From Blastocladiella emersonii ATCC 22665 (Eukaryota; Fungi; Blastocladiomycota), in assembly GCA_025594325.1 (NCBI GenBank), contig JANHCV010000003.1:62001-126000 (forward strand): a stretch of 64,000 nt of DNA. The letters run 5' to 3'. The position numbers and the translations under genes were made by a program. Shown here one piece after another: positions 1 to 12,165 of this stretch. Position 1 is the first letter of the stretch, and each line of letters opens with the position of its first letter. The notes beneath the pieces are model-generated. The model had not been told where the DNA came from, searched no databases, and was given only the letters and a program-made list of their open reading frames with translations.

Positions 1-901
1 GCAGGCGCCCCACCACGGCGTCGGCACCGAGGAGGACCTCGCCCAGAGCCAGGTCAACGGCGGCGACGCCGTGCCCGAGCCAGATCACCACGCCGAGGGC
101 AGCGAGCAGCAGGAGGTCGACGGCGGCCATGCTCACGGTCACGCTGACGGACAGGCCGGGTCGGAGGACGCCTCGTCCATGCCCGAGATGCTCGACTTTG
201 CGGCCGAGAAGGGCGACGAGTTCGCGTGCCCGGACCGCGTCGGCGGCGTGGGCGTGCGCGACGCTGAGGTCGACGAGGTCGAGGCCAACAACGTGTTCGG
301 GCTGGGCCGCGCCCTCGCCGCAAAGCTCCCCAGGGAGTACTGCGAGACCCTCGTGCGCATCAAGCGCGACCTGCCGAACGTGCTGATCGACTTCGTGGGC
401 CAGTACTTTGGGTACTCGGCCGCCCCAGGCGAGTCGGTCCTGTCGCACGAGGCCGTGGAGCGCCTCGCTGCCTTCGTCCGCGTGCACCGCAAAGCGCCCG
501 GCGAGATCGCCCTGATGGGCCTCATGTTCAACACGGCCGCCACCGTCTCGGACAAGCGCGAGGTGCGGGTCCTGTACAACAAGCAGTACGCCAAGGACAT
601 TGCCGAGGGCACGGCCTCGTTCGCCACGGCGCTCCGCGTCATGTTCCCGGACCTGTTCGACACGCCGGAGCGGGTCGCCGACGTGGTGCCATACCTGCAG
701 TACCTGGCGCGCATCGATGACGCGTTGGTCGTCGCGGCGGTGACCCGGCGCGAGGACCCGGACGTGCCGTCGCGCCAGCTCGCGGCCGCGGCGCTGCTGC
801 ACCTGACGGCCAACCAGTTCGTCGTCGCCGACGAGAAGCGCAGCGACGCGCTCATGGGGATGTACTACCTGATCAAGTTCATCGGCCGCGAGTCCCAGTA
901 G
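1..901 (+). CDS. Uncharacterised 'family X' protein, paralog 1 (5' end runs off the window)
   Basis: The frame is open from nt 2 to TAG at 901 with GC3-biased codons. It shares blocks (GDxxAxP, GR, KRDxPxxLxD, YLQYxAR, SRxLAAxALLHL, GMYxLI) with the genes at 10017-11291 and 27098-29162. Confidence 0.8.
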   Translation, partial: QAPHHGVGTEEDLAQSQVNGGDAVPEPDHHAEGSEQQEVDGGHAHGHADGQAGSEDASSMPEMLDFAAEKGDEFACPDRVGGVGVRDAEVDEVEANNVFGLGRALAAKLPREYCETLVRIKRDLPNVLIDFVGQYFGYSAAPGESVLSHEAVERLAAFVRVHRKAPGEIALMGLMFNTAATVSDKREVRVLYNKQYAKDIAEGTASFATALRVMFPDLFDTPERVADVVPYLQYLARIDDALVVAAVTRREDPDVPSRQLAAAALLHLTANQFVVADEKRSDALMGMYYLIKFIGRESQ

Positions 902-3900
902 TAGCGGTCCGCGGCTGTTTGTTATTAGTTTTCTGTTTTGTTTGGTTGCTCTCGAGCGTTGTACATATACACCTAATTTGCTCGGATACCGCTCGTTTTC
1001 TCATTTGAAAGGGTTCTGCGCGTTGCTGGCCTTGCTGCCGCGGCTGCTTGAGGTGACCCGCCGCCACGGCGACAGTCGTGGTCGTCCATTGCGAGCACCT
1101 TTCAAGGGTAACGATGTATTGCCGAAAATCCTTAGGGATACATTGCACAAGACCGTGAAGCGACCGTTTCGGGCCACGGTTTCCCGGTCGAAGAGCGGGA
1201 AACCGCCGAAGAAGATTGCGGGTGAGGAGCAAGAGCGCAACAACTCTTGGTGGCCACGGCTTTGATCAACTCCTTCCGGTTCTTTGACGCAGCGGAGCCC
1301 TTGCCGTAGTCGAGTTGAGACACGAGCTGGCGGTTGCTCTCGACGTCCGGTTGATCATGAGCGAGCTCGCGGGGAGGAATGTGGCGAGGGGCACGGTGAT
1401 GGCGAGCCCGGCAACGAAGAGACTGGCCGGGTAGAAAATGGGGTTCTGCGTTTGCGTGAGTCTGGCGAGCGGGAGAGACCTTTGGCCAAGCCGTACACGT
1501 CGCCGACGACTCAGCGCGAGGACACGGAGCGAGGGACTAGACTCACACCTCGACGTGGGCGAGCGGCTTCACAAGCGGGAACACCCAGGCGACGATAAGT
1601 GTGAGGGCACCGAGGCGAGACTACGTGATGGGCTCTATGGCGGCGTTGGTAATACACGAGCCCGCCAAAGGCATCAATCGAGCTCGCCAAAATTGGATCC
1701 CGGCACGTAAGAAACTGCTAGCATGAGTCCGTACTCACAGAGTTGCGTAGCGGAAGAGCAGAAGGTTTTTGAGGAAGCGGTGCAAGACAGGGGTAGCGTG
1801 TAACCGGCCGTCGCATTCTCGGTTGCACGGGAAGGGTACATTTTCAGGTGTTGGCGAATTCGTAGCACTATGAGTGACCTGAGAGATCGCAGTCCGAGAG
1901 CACGGCGCGCTCAAGTTCGGCCTTGCTATACTGCGCCGCCGGTCGGCGTGTGCTCACGGTCTGTCCAGTACAAGGCCCGCTTAATAAGTTTCAGCAAGTT
2001 ACGCTAGCGATTCATTGGTTTTAATGGAGTATGGCGCTGTGTCAGTGAGGCCAAGCGGAGAAGCGAGCGTGAGGGCTCAAGCAAGCCCCTTCAGTTCGCC
2101 CGTGGCGCACCCCGTAGTCCACGCTGTGGCGCAACACGTCTCGGGTCGATGAGCACGAGGCAAGGCATCCCTCAAGGCGACAGACGAAAAGTGCGACGAG
2201 GAACGGGAGAGATCGAGTCCGACAGCGCAGCGTGTACCGCGCGCCCAGCTTCAAAGGATGCTCAAGCCAGGTGCCGCTGAACCAAGTCGCGATACGGGCA
2301 GAACCTTGACAGCGTGACATGGCGAGAGGTGCGATCCATGAGACACTAAGTAAAGCGTGTGAGTGAAACTGGGAGAGCCGAGCTCGAGCGGTCAAGAAGG
2401 CGCGACTCGGCCTCGCAATGACCGTCGAGACGTGACGGTGAGCATGGTCGCGGAGACTCGGGCCGCGAACAAGTCTTACCGTGCTGAGAGGATTGTTGGT
2501 AAGAGAGAAGACCGAGGGACACATCTATAAAGTAGCAACGCAAGCGCTGTTCCAAAAACTGACTCGACCCCGACACTCGCCGTGGAACCCCACACGGCGA
2601 GCGAGCGGTCACGTCGAACGACACCCTCCTGTCCACGCACCGCGCACCCGCCGCGACGCTCGACGACCACCACCCACCAAACGCCCACACGACCTCCGCA
2701 CCGTCCTGGTGCCAAGTCCCGAACCGCTTATGCGCGTGTATGATGAGCACGGCGGGGAAGCGGGCCGAGGCACCGGAGACTGGTCGCGAGAGGTCCAGCC
2801 GCCCGCAACAAAACTGCGTGCACGTCGATGCGCGGAACCGCAACTGACGGCGAGAACCCGGACACTCCAGTCAGATACGAGTCCGGGCGCAGTTGGTCAC
2901 GGACAGCTCGAGGCGCTGCACACACACCTCCACCGAAGGGCTCTGCCCGCGCGCACAGAGCACGCGCGACCGGAACGGTAGCAAAAACGGACCGAGGACT
3001 GCAACGAGACCAGACGTCTCTTCAGCGAAGGGTTGGGGAAGTCAGCCGCCCGCCCCCGGGTCGGCGACACTCCTTACTACCAACAACGGCAGCCTGCGGC
3101 GCAGTGGATCGGCGAGCAGCGAGATGTGTGTGTTGCATGGAGTGGGGATGTGGATCGGAGCGGCTGCGACGGGCAGCAGATGCGCGAGAAGAAATGTCGT
3201 TGCCATACGCTTGGGATCGAGTTGCATGGGGCGGTGGCGAATGAGTAAGCAGTGTAGTAAGGAAAGGCTTGCGGGGCTCTGGAGAGCGGGAGAGCAGGTG
3301 CTCGGCCGGGCGCGCGCTTTGTACGCGGGCCGGAAGAGCACGGGCGAGCGCGGCCCGCGGTGCACGCGTCCGCCGCACGATTATTCCGGATCCGTTGCGC
3401 CAAGTGCGCCTGGCTGGGTGCCCGAGCACCGCTTCCGGCGGAACGCCATCGCGCTGCGAAACGCGCGCAAAAATGTGTCGCAGCGGCGGCGGGAGACGCG
3501 TTTTTTGCTCACCTGAAAATCACGTGTGCGTTTGGAGACATTTTTCGGAAGCAGGGAGACAGCTGCACGTGCAGCGCGCGAACGCCGTCGACCCTCGAGT
3601 TTGCAAGGGACAAGCACCGTTCTTGCAGGAGGCGAGCCTGCCCGACGTCCCAAAAAAAAAACCGTAAGCCTCGATGGAGTAGCCAGACGCGAGACTAAGC
3701 CGTCACGGCGTTGGGGGCTAGTTCTGGACAAAGCTAGGAAACCGCTTGGGCGGTGAGTTCATGGCCAGCTCAAAGTTACCATCGCCGGTCAAAGCTCGAA
3801 AGCGACCATATTGGCGTCAGCTCAACGGTTGCAAGTCGCAGTTTTGATGCGTGTGAGGTCGCCGGACGGCGCCTCGTCGATGAGAAACTGTCAGGCGAGC

Positions 3901-4039
3901 GTCGGAGGCCAATTTCGAGTGTAGATGCAAGGAAGAGAGGTTTGGCGTGTGGTCTGTGGAATTTTCGGGGGTAACGCCTGCGACGCCGAGCAGCACGGGA
4001 TCCCGCTACAAATCCCGCTACGGGGCCAAACGTGCGGCG

Positions 4040-4950
4040 GCCCGTGGAGTTTGGTCACGAACCAGCTTGAGAACCCCGACCTGAAGCTGATGCCTGACAT
4101 CGTCAAGGGCCAGATCAAGACGCCGCTCCTTGGCAAGGCGACGCGCTCCATCATGGTGTCTTCCCGCGACAGACCCGCCGTACCTGTGCCTCGAGCTCTA
4201 CGTGCAGGTCATCCACAAGCTGCTGCTCGGGCGGTACGCGGCGACGGTCGCCAACACCCTGCTCGTGGCCAAGGACTTCAACCTGACGGCCGATCGGATC
4301 GCGGCCCGGCCGCAACCGCGCGGAAACTGCCTGCACGTGTACATGTAGAGCCTCAAGGAGCTCGGCAAGCTCGAGCGGCTGCTGCTGTCGGTGTTCGTCG
4401 AGAACTGCACGGCCATCGACCGCGTCTACGTCTCGTCTGACAACACGCGCGGCAAGCTCAACTATTCGCCGAGGGGTGCGGCCTGCGCCAGGTCGTGTCC
4501 ACTAACGGCGTCCTCAGCACCGAGACCACGTTTAACCACACACCGAGATCGACATGGTGCTCGACATCGAGACGGCGCGCAACACCATTATCAGCGAGAT
4601 CCAGGACACGATGCTGCGGCGCGGCATAGCCATCGACCCGAGCCACTTCATGCTGCCGCTCGCTGATGTGGCGGCGTACACGGGCGAGGTGTTCGGTAGC
4701 AGGCGGGTCGGCGCGTCCAAGTTCAAGGACTCGATGCTCATGCTGGCCAGCGTCGTTCGAGAAGTACACGAACCACAACGTTGACGCGTCGCTGTGCTCG
4801 AGGCGCGACCCAATCAAGGGCGTCTCTAAGGGCGCCGTCATGGGCACGCTCATGCATGCCTGCCGGGTCGGGCCTCATCACGCTCGTGCAGCAGGTCAAG
4901 TCCAACACTGTGACCCGCCCACCTCTCGTGCTTGATGTGTCTGACTTGTG
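4040..4950 (+). pseudogene. RPC1: Fragment of RNA polymerase III largest subunit (RPC1/RPO31-like), C-terminal ~300 codons, frameshifted
   Basis: Piecewise translation gives LENPD...IVKGQIKTPLLG, GLRQVVSTNGV..NH, VLDIETARNTIISEIQDTM..GIAIDPSHFM.LADV.AYTGEVFG..R.G.SKFKDSMLMLAS, ASFEKYTNH..DA...RRDPIKGVS..AVMG. There is an in-frame TAG at 4346-4348 and several frameshifts. Confidence 0.85.
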
Positions 4951-5032
4951 CGCTGCTTCGGGCCGCGTCGCGGCCCCATGATCACCGTCGGCGCGACCCG
5001 CTCGCTGGTCGTGGCCGGTTAATCGAACGTCC

Positions 5033-5078
5033 GCATGCGAGTGAAATTTGTGGGTGCATGCGAGTGAAATTTGTGGGT
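5033..5078 (+). repeat. Perfect 23-bp tandem duplication
   Basis: GCATGCGAGTGAAATTTGTGGGT x2. Confidence 0.95.
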
Positions 5079-5199
5079 ATACACGTGTCTGCGCTTGAAA
5101 CGAACGGATTTAGTCCGGATCAATGTCAACATCGTCCTGCTTGCCGCCTCGCGTCCACTCCATAACTTGCGTCGACTCCGGCTAGTGATCTTTCGCGGC

Positions 5200-6210
5200 T
5201 GACGGCGCAGGACGTAGCCTGTGTTCCGCACTGAAGGTAGCCATGAGGTGAGGTTCATGGGCGGCAAGGCGCAGTTCGCTCCCGAGGCGACGAGGCCATG
5301 AGGGACTCAAAGAGATCTGAACACGTTGACGAGAGACAAACGGGAATAAGATCACGTCGCTGTGACGGATGGGCGGTTGTATACTTCTCCGAAACACTCC
5401 GAGTACGGCACCGCGCGAGGGGCGAGCGAGCTGACGGCGGACCGATGCTGGGCGACGAGAAAGCGCTTGACGCGCCGCTTGACCGTGTCGATGGCGGAGA
5501 GACAGCGAGGCAGCTCGGACAGGCTAAGGATGGCGAGAGGTCGCCGCCGCGGGCTTGCGGAACTCGCCGAGCGTGCCGGACTTGATGAACTTAAGGTCCG
5601 AGGAAGTGCAGCGCGCGGGACGAGCGAGGACCTTGGCCCTGCTGTTGCGGCCATGGCCATCGAGTCGGATCCGATTTGAACGATCGGGCTCGATGCCGCT
5701 GTGCACGACGTGAGCGACGGTGACGACAGGTGGTCAGGCGCGAGGATCTTGGTCATCGAGTCGATCAACTTGGACGATGTCATGCGGTAGTGAGTGAGCG
5801 AGCAGCGCGCACCGGCACCAGCCGGCGCACCTGAGTAGGTCGATGGCCACAGGCGGCCACGGCCGACATCGATCGATAGGGATCTCACGCGAGCGCGGCG
5901 CGCGCAAAGTCGTGGACGAAAAGCTGCGGGTGAGTGAGATCGGGACGATCGTCAAGACTAGCGATCAAGCCGCCGATTGTCCAGGAGAAGGAGGAGAGAA
6001 AGTGCGGAGCAGTTGGCTGTCATCGTGTACGGGCGCGCGAGAAGCGAGCTCCGAGCTCCGAGCACCTAAAGCCAAGTCAAGGCGAAGCTGCGCGAGTTGG
6101 CTCACAGTGTGACATGGCGGCGAGCTCGCGCGGAAGGTTGATGAGGCTCGGCAGCCGCATGGTAGATGGTCGCCGGTCGGATTGCATGGAGTCTTTCATG
6201 TCTTTCATGG
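5200..6210 (-). pseudogene. Degenerate F-box-like gene remnant (possibly LRR)
   Basis: Begins MKDMKDSMQSDRRPSTMRLPSLINLPRELAAM, resembling the starts of the F-box-like genes at 55089 and 56433. Downstream frames are broken and show LRR-like periodicity. Confidence 0.4.
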
Positions 6211-6572
6211 CATGCTACGTGGCACTGGAGCGCCAGAGTGGAATGCGGGGGAAGGCGACCAAGATTGCCGCCACGACGAACGCCACTCGGTTCGGTCAGC
6301 CTGGGCAACGTGCGCGTGTTCGGCGCGGGTCGGCGGCGCGGGTCAGCGAGATCATGTTTCCACTCCATTCCAAGGATGCTTCCGAGCCCGAAATGGGATT
6401 AATGCGGCATTCAAACATGCTTGAGCGGCGGCGGCGGTGTTCCGCACGCCGCAGTAGCTGGGCTGCTAGCCGTGGACGCGGCCATCATCCTCTTGTAACC
6501 GGTGGTTGAGGGTGATCCATTTGAGCGGCAAGGACTGACATCAGACTGTCGCTGATTGTCTCCCCGCGGTGA

Positions 6573-6588
6573 TTAATTAATTAATTAA
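6573..6588. repeat. (TTAA)4 microsatellite
   Basis: ttaattaattaattaa in a GC-rich background. Confidence 0.9.
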
Positions 6589-7329
6589 TGCGTGCCTCGC
6601 ACCGGTCACGCGAAAGTCACCCGACCTGAGCGCGACGCGTCGCGTGTCTCCTCTCCCGAAGCGATTCTCGCGCCACGCGGCAAGTCTTCCTCTTTTATAC
6701 TTTTGCTGCAAATGTATCGCACCTGACTCGCTTGCACCTGCTGCAACTTCACGGAGACTTGCAGCGACGGCAGGCGCCTGCCCTCGCGCACGCACCCTCC
6801 CCACCCGCGCTCCTTCCCCCTTCTCCGCACGCCCTGCGCCGTGCAGTCTCTCTCCTCCACCACCACCACCACATGCAATGCAACATGAAAACCATCCAAA
6901 ACCCCGCGCTCGGCCGCCTACCGCGGCGCGGCGCGCGACTACACGTCACTCGACAACCGCAGCCCGATCCGCTCGTTCTCAAGGTGTCGTCGGTCGTGAG
7001 GTATCCTGGTACGCTGCCGCGTGGCGCGACCGCCCCTCGCTCTCCCTCGTGTAGATGCCCCCCGGTGCGGGCCTAGTACCCTCCTGGCCTAGTTCTCTCC
7101 CTCGGCACGCCCTTTGCGGCACGAGCCCTCGCCGTAAGGAAGCGTACGCACCGCCCACACCTCCCCCATCATACGCTCGTTCGCCCCGACGTATGCTGCG
7201 GCGGGTCCGTGTGTGGCGCGGCTGGCGGGGGTCTCGGCCGTTGCGGAGGGGCTAATGAAGGGAGGCAAACGGTGTGGCGGCCGAGTAGGTGGCGGGTAGT
7301 GGCCCATGGACCTTTGCGTCTGTTGGGCG

Positions 7330-7860
7330 GAGCGGCTGGACCCGATCCAAAATACTACCCGTCGTACAGAAACGCCGCCCGCGCTGCACCGGGGCATCCG
7401 CGCTCAAGCCTGGCGCAGGTTCTCGACCTCAGCAGGTGCGCTGGTGAAGGTGATGGCCGTGTGCGCTTGATTGCTGACTCATGGCCCTCCCGCATGCAGT
7501 TCGTCATCATCCGCACGAAGCCCAAGGCGCGCCTGACCACCCGATCGGGCGGGGAGGCTCACTTCACGCGGCCCCAAGTCGGCGACCCGTGGCATTTCCA
7601 AGGTTCCGCGCCCACGACCTGCCGCCGCTCTGACCAGTTCAACTCAACTCACGCTTGATCCCGTAGAATCAACAGCCAAGTCCCGCGACACGCACCGCTG
7701 TGTTGTACTGCGTCGAGTCGTTCCTCGTCCCGCCCGACATCCTCAAGAAGATCAAGTACATGCCGTCGACGACATCATCAAGAACGACGGTCCAGCAGCT
7801 CGTCTCGGGCAAGCTGCCGCCGCGGCCCACCAAGCTCAAGCTGCACGTCGTACATGTTCC
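7330..7860 (+). pseudogene. Unidentified spliced gene fragment
   Basis: Intron-like signals (CAG|GTGCGC..GCTGAC..GCAG; AAG|GTTCCG..GTAG) flank GC3-biased segments FVIIRTKPKARL..GGEAHFTRPQVGDPWHFQ and AVLYCVESFLVPPDILKKIKYMP. The frames do not join cleanly. Confidence 0.3.
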
Positions 7861-8099
7861 AGCTGGTCCGATCCGCTGTTGGATGCCACGTTTCGGGGGA
7901 ACGGCCAGCCAAGTCGGTCAAGTTCCAGCCCGCCCACGGCGGGAACCAGTCGCGAGAAGGAGGTCCGGAGCGTATCTATACGAATACATTCATCACTGTC
8001 CACGACGCCGTTTTTGTAATCTTGAATGGTTGTGACTAACGGCTTCAGGCTCGAGCCATCCATCCACACCACAGGACATATTTTGGGACCGCGAGAATC

Positions 8100-9270
8100 T
8101 TGGAGACACCCTTGAAGGCATCCGGGGTCACGCAAGTGGCCGCGTCTCGGTTCCAACAAACCCGTGAGTCAGCACGAGGTGAGAATCGTCCGTTGAAAAA
8201 TCATCGTTTCCAGAGAAACCAACGCACGAAGGTCTCGGCGACCTGCTCGCGTTGCAGCGGCTCAAGCAGGTCGTTGCCTTTTCGAAGGAGATTAGCGACA
8301 AAGGCCAGCCCGCCCGAGACGACGCCGTCGACCACCGATTCCGCGATTTGAACGCGTAATGCTCACACTCGTGATTACAGAGGCACGTTAAGATTTGGAC
8401 AAGCTGCGCTGGGTCGACGGTGGGCTCAAAGCCTTGGAATGTAAGAAGACGTGGAAGCCGAGCTCGCGGGACCCATGATCGAACTGGTTGTCGGCGTGCG
8501 ACGTCGACGGAGCGCAAGGTCGAGGGTCGCAAAGAGTTGAACTAGTGGCTGAGCGCGCCAGAGAAGCGCATTTTGGCCCCGAGGATGACCAAGCTGGTTG
8601 TTCTGAAGGGCCGTATGCAGCAAAGAGTACTGTGCAGCTGTGAAAGCGCGAGCACCAGACGGCAATCCCTGCGGAAAGGGCAGAGTGCTAAGGAAAGGCC
8701 GCAACTGTGGAATCGATGGGCTGCCGAGCGTTCAGCCTAGCCCATCGCCGTCGCTCCGAGCATGATGAGAAGGAGCGTTGGGAGCGAGTCGAGGCGCGGG
8801 CAGGTGATTGAAAGGTCGAAAAAGGCAGATCCGGGTCTGTTTCTGCAAGAGTGTGTAGTATCGTGCCCGCTGAGCTGGATCCGGTCAAACAGGCAGCGCG
8901 CAGGCGATACGAAGAGCGAGCAGCGTTGGTCCCGAAAACGGCGTTCCAGGACCGCGGGAAGCGAATCGGGTCGATCGTTCCCCATCAGCGAGTCCACAAG
9001 ACGCTTGTCAGCGTTCAAGGTGACCCTCAGGAGGCACAGAATCGACTTGCTGGAGGGTCGCAGCTGCTATCAGGTCGGACTGATGCGGGGATCCGCCCAA
9101 CAAGCGAACACTATGCTCCACAGAATGAAGGCAAGTCGAAGCGGCCGGCGCAGAGGATCCTGCGCGGCTAGGCCAGCGCGAGGACCGGATCAACGACGTC
9201 GGACGGTAACCTCGCAAGTGTGAGCAGTGGAGGGCCAGCCTCGCTTTGCATGGTGTCTTTCATGACGGTT
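8100..9270 (-). pseudogene. Degenerate F-box-like gene remnant
   Basis: Starts MKDTMQSEAGPPLLTLARLPSDVVDPVLALA* (F-box-like LxxLPxDV). Protein-like but interrupted frames follow. Confidence 0.45.
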
Positions 9271-10016
9271 CGGTGAGGGTGGTTGGAGGAGAGGAGGAGG
9301 ATCGGCCGCGAAGGGTTGGGCGAGGTCGGTCGACGCTTGTGAGCGCCACGTCGATGCCCGATGTACTCGACGCTCCCGCCCCTTCTCAACTACTCTCAAG
9401 CGACGGAAACCAATGGATTCGAGACTTGAATTGCTGCACATCATCGATCCGTTGCTATTCTACGTCTACGTCGCATCCCACGCGCACGGCCAGCCCGCTG
9501 GCGTCGTGGGCTCCGAGCAACCCGCATCGGCCACGTCGCTATGCGCAACCAGCATCGGCCACGTCACTGCACCGGTATCCCGAGCAGTCATGCGCTGATG
9601 CGACGATGCGTTCATGCGAGCCGCGCCAGTCTGGCAACGTCGCGATGCTCGAGCTGTGACCCGAGATCAGGGTGGTGCGGGTCAGCGGCGGCGCGATGCT
9701 CTTGGTCGTCGATTTCGAGGCCTGCGGTCCTCACCCTCGATGCTGCACACCTTGTGCTGGTCCCGGTGTGCTGTTTTCCGATCCCGCCACCACAACCCAC
9801 TCGCGCTCCCTCCTTTTGCGACCGATCGAGATGAACATCGCGCTCGGACGATCAGCCTCCCCGTCTGAGGCAAAATCAGGATTCTCGAAGCATGGGGGAG
9901 GAGGCGTGCGTAATGAGCAGCTCAACGAATACAGTCCATGTGAGGTGAGAAAACGAGGAACTGGGTATATACAGGCGGGGCGAAGGCCGCCACGCACATC
10001 AAAATGAATCAACTAA

Positions 10017-11291
10017 CTAGAAGTCAAGGCGGCTGACCGCGAAGAGATAGTAGAGCGCGATGGGCGCGTCGCGGGCAAAGCGCGTGTCGGTGCGCGAGTC
10101 GTGCACGTTGGTGCCCGTGAGGTGCAGCACCGACAGCGCCGCGAGGGACCGCGCCGCGGCGCCCGGGCCACCCGGCTCGGACTTGGCGCCGAACTGCATG
10201 TCCGCGTCGTGCACGCGGCCCATGTACCGCAGATACGCGCCAAAGTCGGCCGCGTGCTGCTTGGTGCGGAACGACACGCCGCCACTCTGCTGCGCCTGCT
10301 GCTGCTTGAAGCGCAGCATCGGCTTGAGCTTGGCGTCGAGCGCCGCGATCGCCGACTGCAGGACCGGATCGCGCGGCAGGCCCGAGTAGTTGTTCTGGGC
10401 CGCGCCGAGCTCGAAGCGGGACACGACGTACTGATACACGTCCGAGTGCTCGCGGATCTCGGCGGCAATCTGGTGGATGGCCGCCGGCGAGAGCGCCTTC
10501 TCGGTGCGGAAGTCGGTGAGCTGCGGGCCGAGGAAGTCGACGAGGACGGCTGGCATGGTCCGCTCGATGCGGCGCAGCGTCTGGTACTCCCACTCGGGCA
10601 TCTCGTCGCCGTCCTCGTCGTCCTCGTCCTCGTCGCCCTGGTAGCGACCCGAGCCGAGCTGGTTCGTGTCGATGAGGCGGAACACCTCGGTGCTGCGTGT
10701 ACCACAGACGCCCGGGCACGCGAGCGGGTCGCCGTTGCGCGCCATAAAGTCGAGGCCCGCGGCGACGCCGGTCAGTTGGGCAGCCTGCTGCTGCTGGCGG
10801 CAGCCGCGACTGAACAGCTGGCCGAGTCGCGCAGCGGCGCCGGAACCGGCGGCGGGAACAGCGAGAGCGGCGCGGCGAACGGCACACGAGGCCGACTGCG
10901 CCGCGTGGCGAACCGCGGCAGCCGCCGCATGCACGCGCGCGCCGGCCTTGGAGTTCTTGGTGGTGGTCTTGGGGCCCGACGACGACGCGCAGTGGATGCG
11001 CTCGGTCGAGCTGGTCGGTGTCGAGGCCACAACGCCCGAATCGGCGAGGTTGCCGACCTGAGCGAGCGGAAGCGGCTGCTGCGACCCGGTCGAGGAGCAG
11101 GCCACGGCGGGATGGCCGGCCGAGACGGGGCGAGTAGGTGCAACTGCGCCGGAGGCGGCAGGCGAGCCCTTGGAGAGAACATGGGCCGCCATCGGAGCAG
11201 TGCGAGATGGCGAAGAGAACACCTGCGTGCGCGCGCGGGCACCGGTCGGGAACGACGACGACACCATGGAGAGCTTGGCGAGGAGCGACAT
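10017..11291 (-). CDS. Uncharacterised 'family X' protein, paralog 2 (~424 aa)
   Basis: ATG in ccgccaccATG context at 11291. A low-complexity N-terminus precedes the shared domain (GLDFMARNGDPLACP...RRIERTMPAVLVDFLG...AYLRYMGRVHD...ARSLAALSVLHLTG...ALYYLF). Confidence 0.8.
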   Translation of the reverse strand: MSLLAKLSMVSSSFPTGARARTQVFSSPSRTAPMAAHVLSKGSPAASGAVAPTRPVSAGHPAVACSSTGSQQPLPLAQVGNLADSGVVASTPTSSTERIHCASSSGPKTTTKNSKAGARVHAAAAAVRHAAQSASCAVRRAALAVPAAGSGAAARLGQLFSRGCRQQQQAAQLTGVAAGLDFMARNGDPLACPGVCGTRSTEVFRLIDTNQLGSGRYQGDEDEDDEDGDEMPEWEYQTLRRIERTMPAVLVDFLGPQLTDFRTEKALSPAAIHQIAAEIREHSDVYQYVVSRFELGAAQNNYSGLPRDPVLQSAIAALDAKLKPMLRFKQQQAQQSGGVSFRTKQHAADFGAYLRYMGRVHDADMQFGAKSEPGGPGAAARSLAALSVLHLTGTNVHDSRTDTRFARDAPIALYYLFAVSRLDF

Positions 11292-12165
11292 GGTGGCGGT
11301 GGTACGAGGTGCGCGGGTGCGAACGTGTGTGTGTGTTTCGTCGTGCGGGGAAGCTTGTACGAGACTGTACAAGGGGTACTCGGGGAAGCTTGCGTTGAAG
11401 GCGAACTTGAGAGTACCGGGTAACCAAGGCGAGGCAAGGTCGAGGGAGCGGGAGGAAGAGTGCCGGGGCGATCTCGAGCATTTGTAGGGTTCGCTGCTGT
11501 TCAAGGCTCCGCTCGGAGGGCATGCACGCATGCACACTCTTGACTGGCTTGCCCCACTTCCACTCGCTGCGTAGAGTCTGCTAATGATGCAGCGAAGCCT
11601 CCTCTCCTTCATTATTCGGTTCAAGGGAAATCTGGTTAGGTCGATTTATTGCTGTCGCGAAGTGCGTGTGTTGTGTTCCGCAGTAGCAGCTCTCGTGCTG
11701 AGCTGTCGATCTGTTTGACGACTGCGGACGGATCAATGCACCCTCACTTACTCCCCTAGTTTCTTCAAATGGGTCATAGTGTGAGTTAGCAGCATGACCC
11801 TCCCGGTGTGAGACATTTTGACTTGCGCGAGATGAAGACGCGTCGTGGCTTGCGCCACAGTCACGCGCCGGCTGCGAGACACTTTTCGCTTACCCCCACG
11901 TCGCCTCACAACGATCAGCTTACGTGCTGGACCTCGTCGTTCCCGGACAATAGAGTGCTAATCAATACATTGCCTACCAAAAGTCGCGTGCCAACCGTTT
12001 GCTGGCCGAAGGCGGCCGAGTCGTCGGCTCGTGCCTGACGGCGATTGCGCATGAATTTGGAAGCCATCTCGCTTTTTTCGTACTGGGCCGTGACACGCGA
12101 CTCATTCAGTCCGTACCCGAGCATGTGAAATGTGTATTCAACAAGTTGTCGCGTCAACGACAACT

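Noticed and set aside
950-1900. Interrupted minus-strand frames (IPPRELAH...)
   Set aside because: No recognisable family or continuous frame.
3033-3248. CRCHTLG resembling the hAT transposase CxxH motif
   Set aside because: No other transposase motifs, and the minus-strand signals explain the region better.
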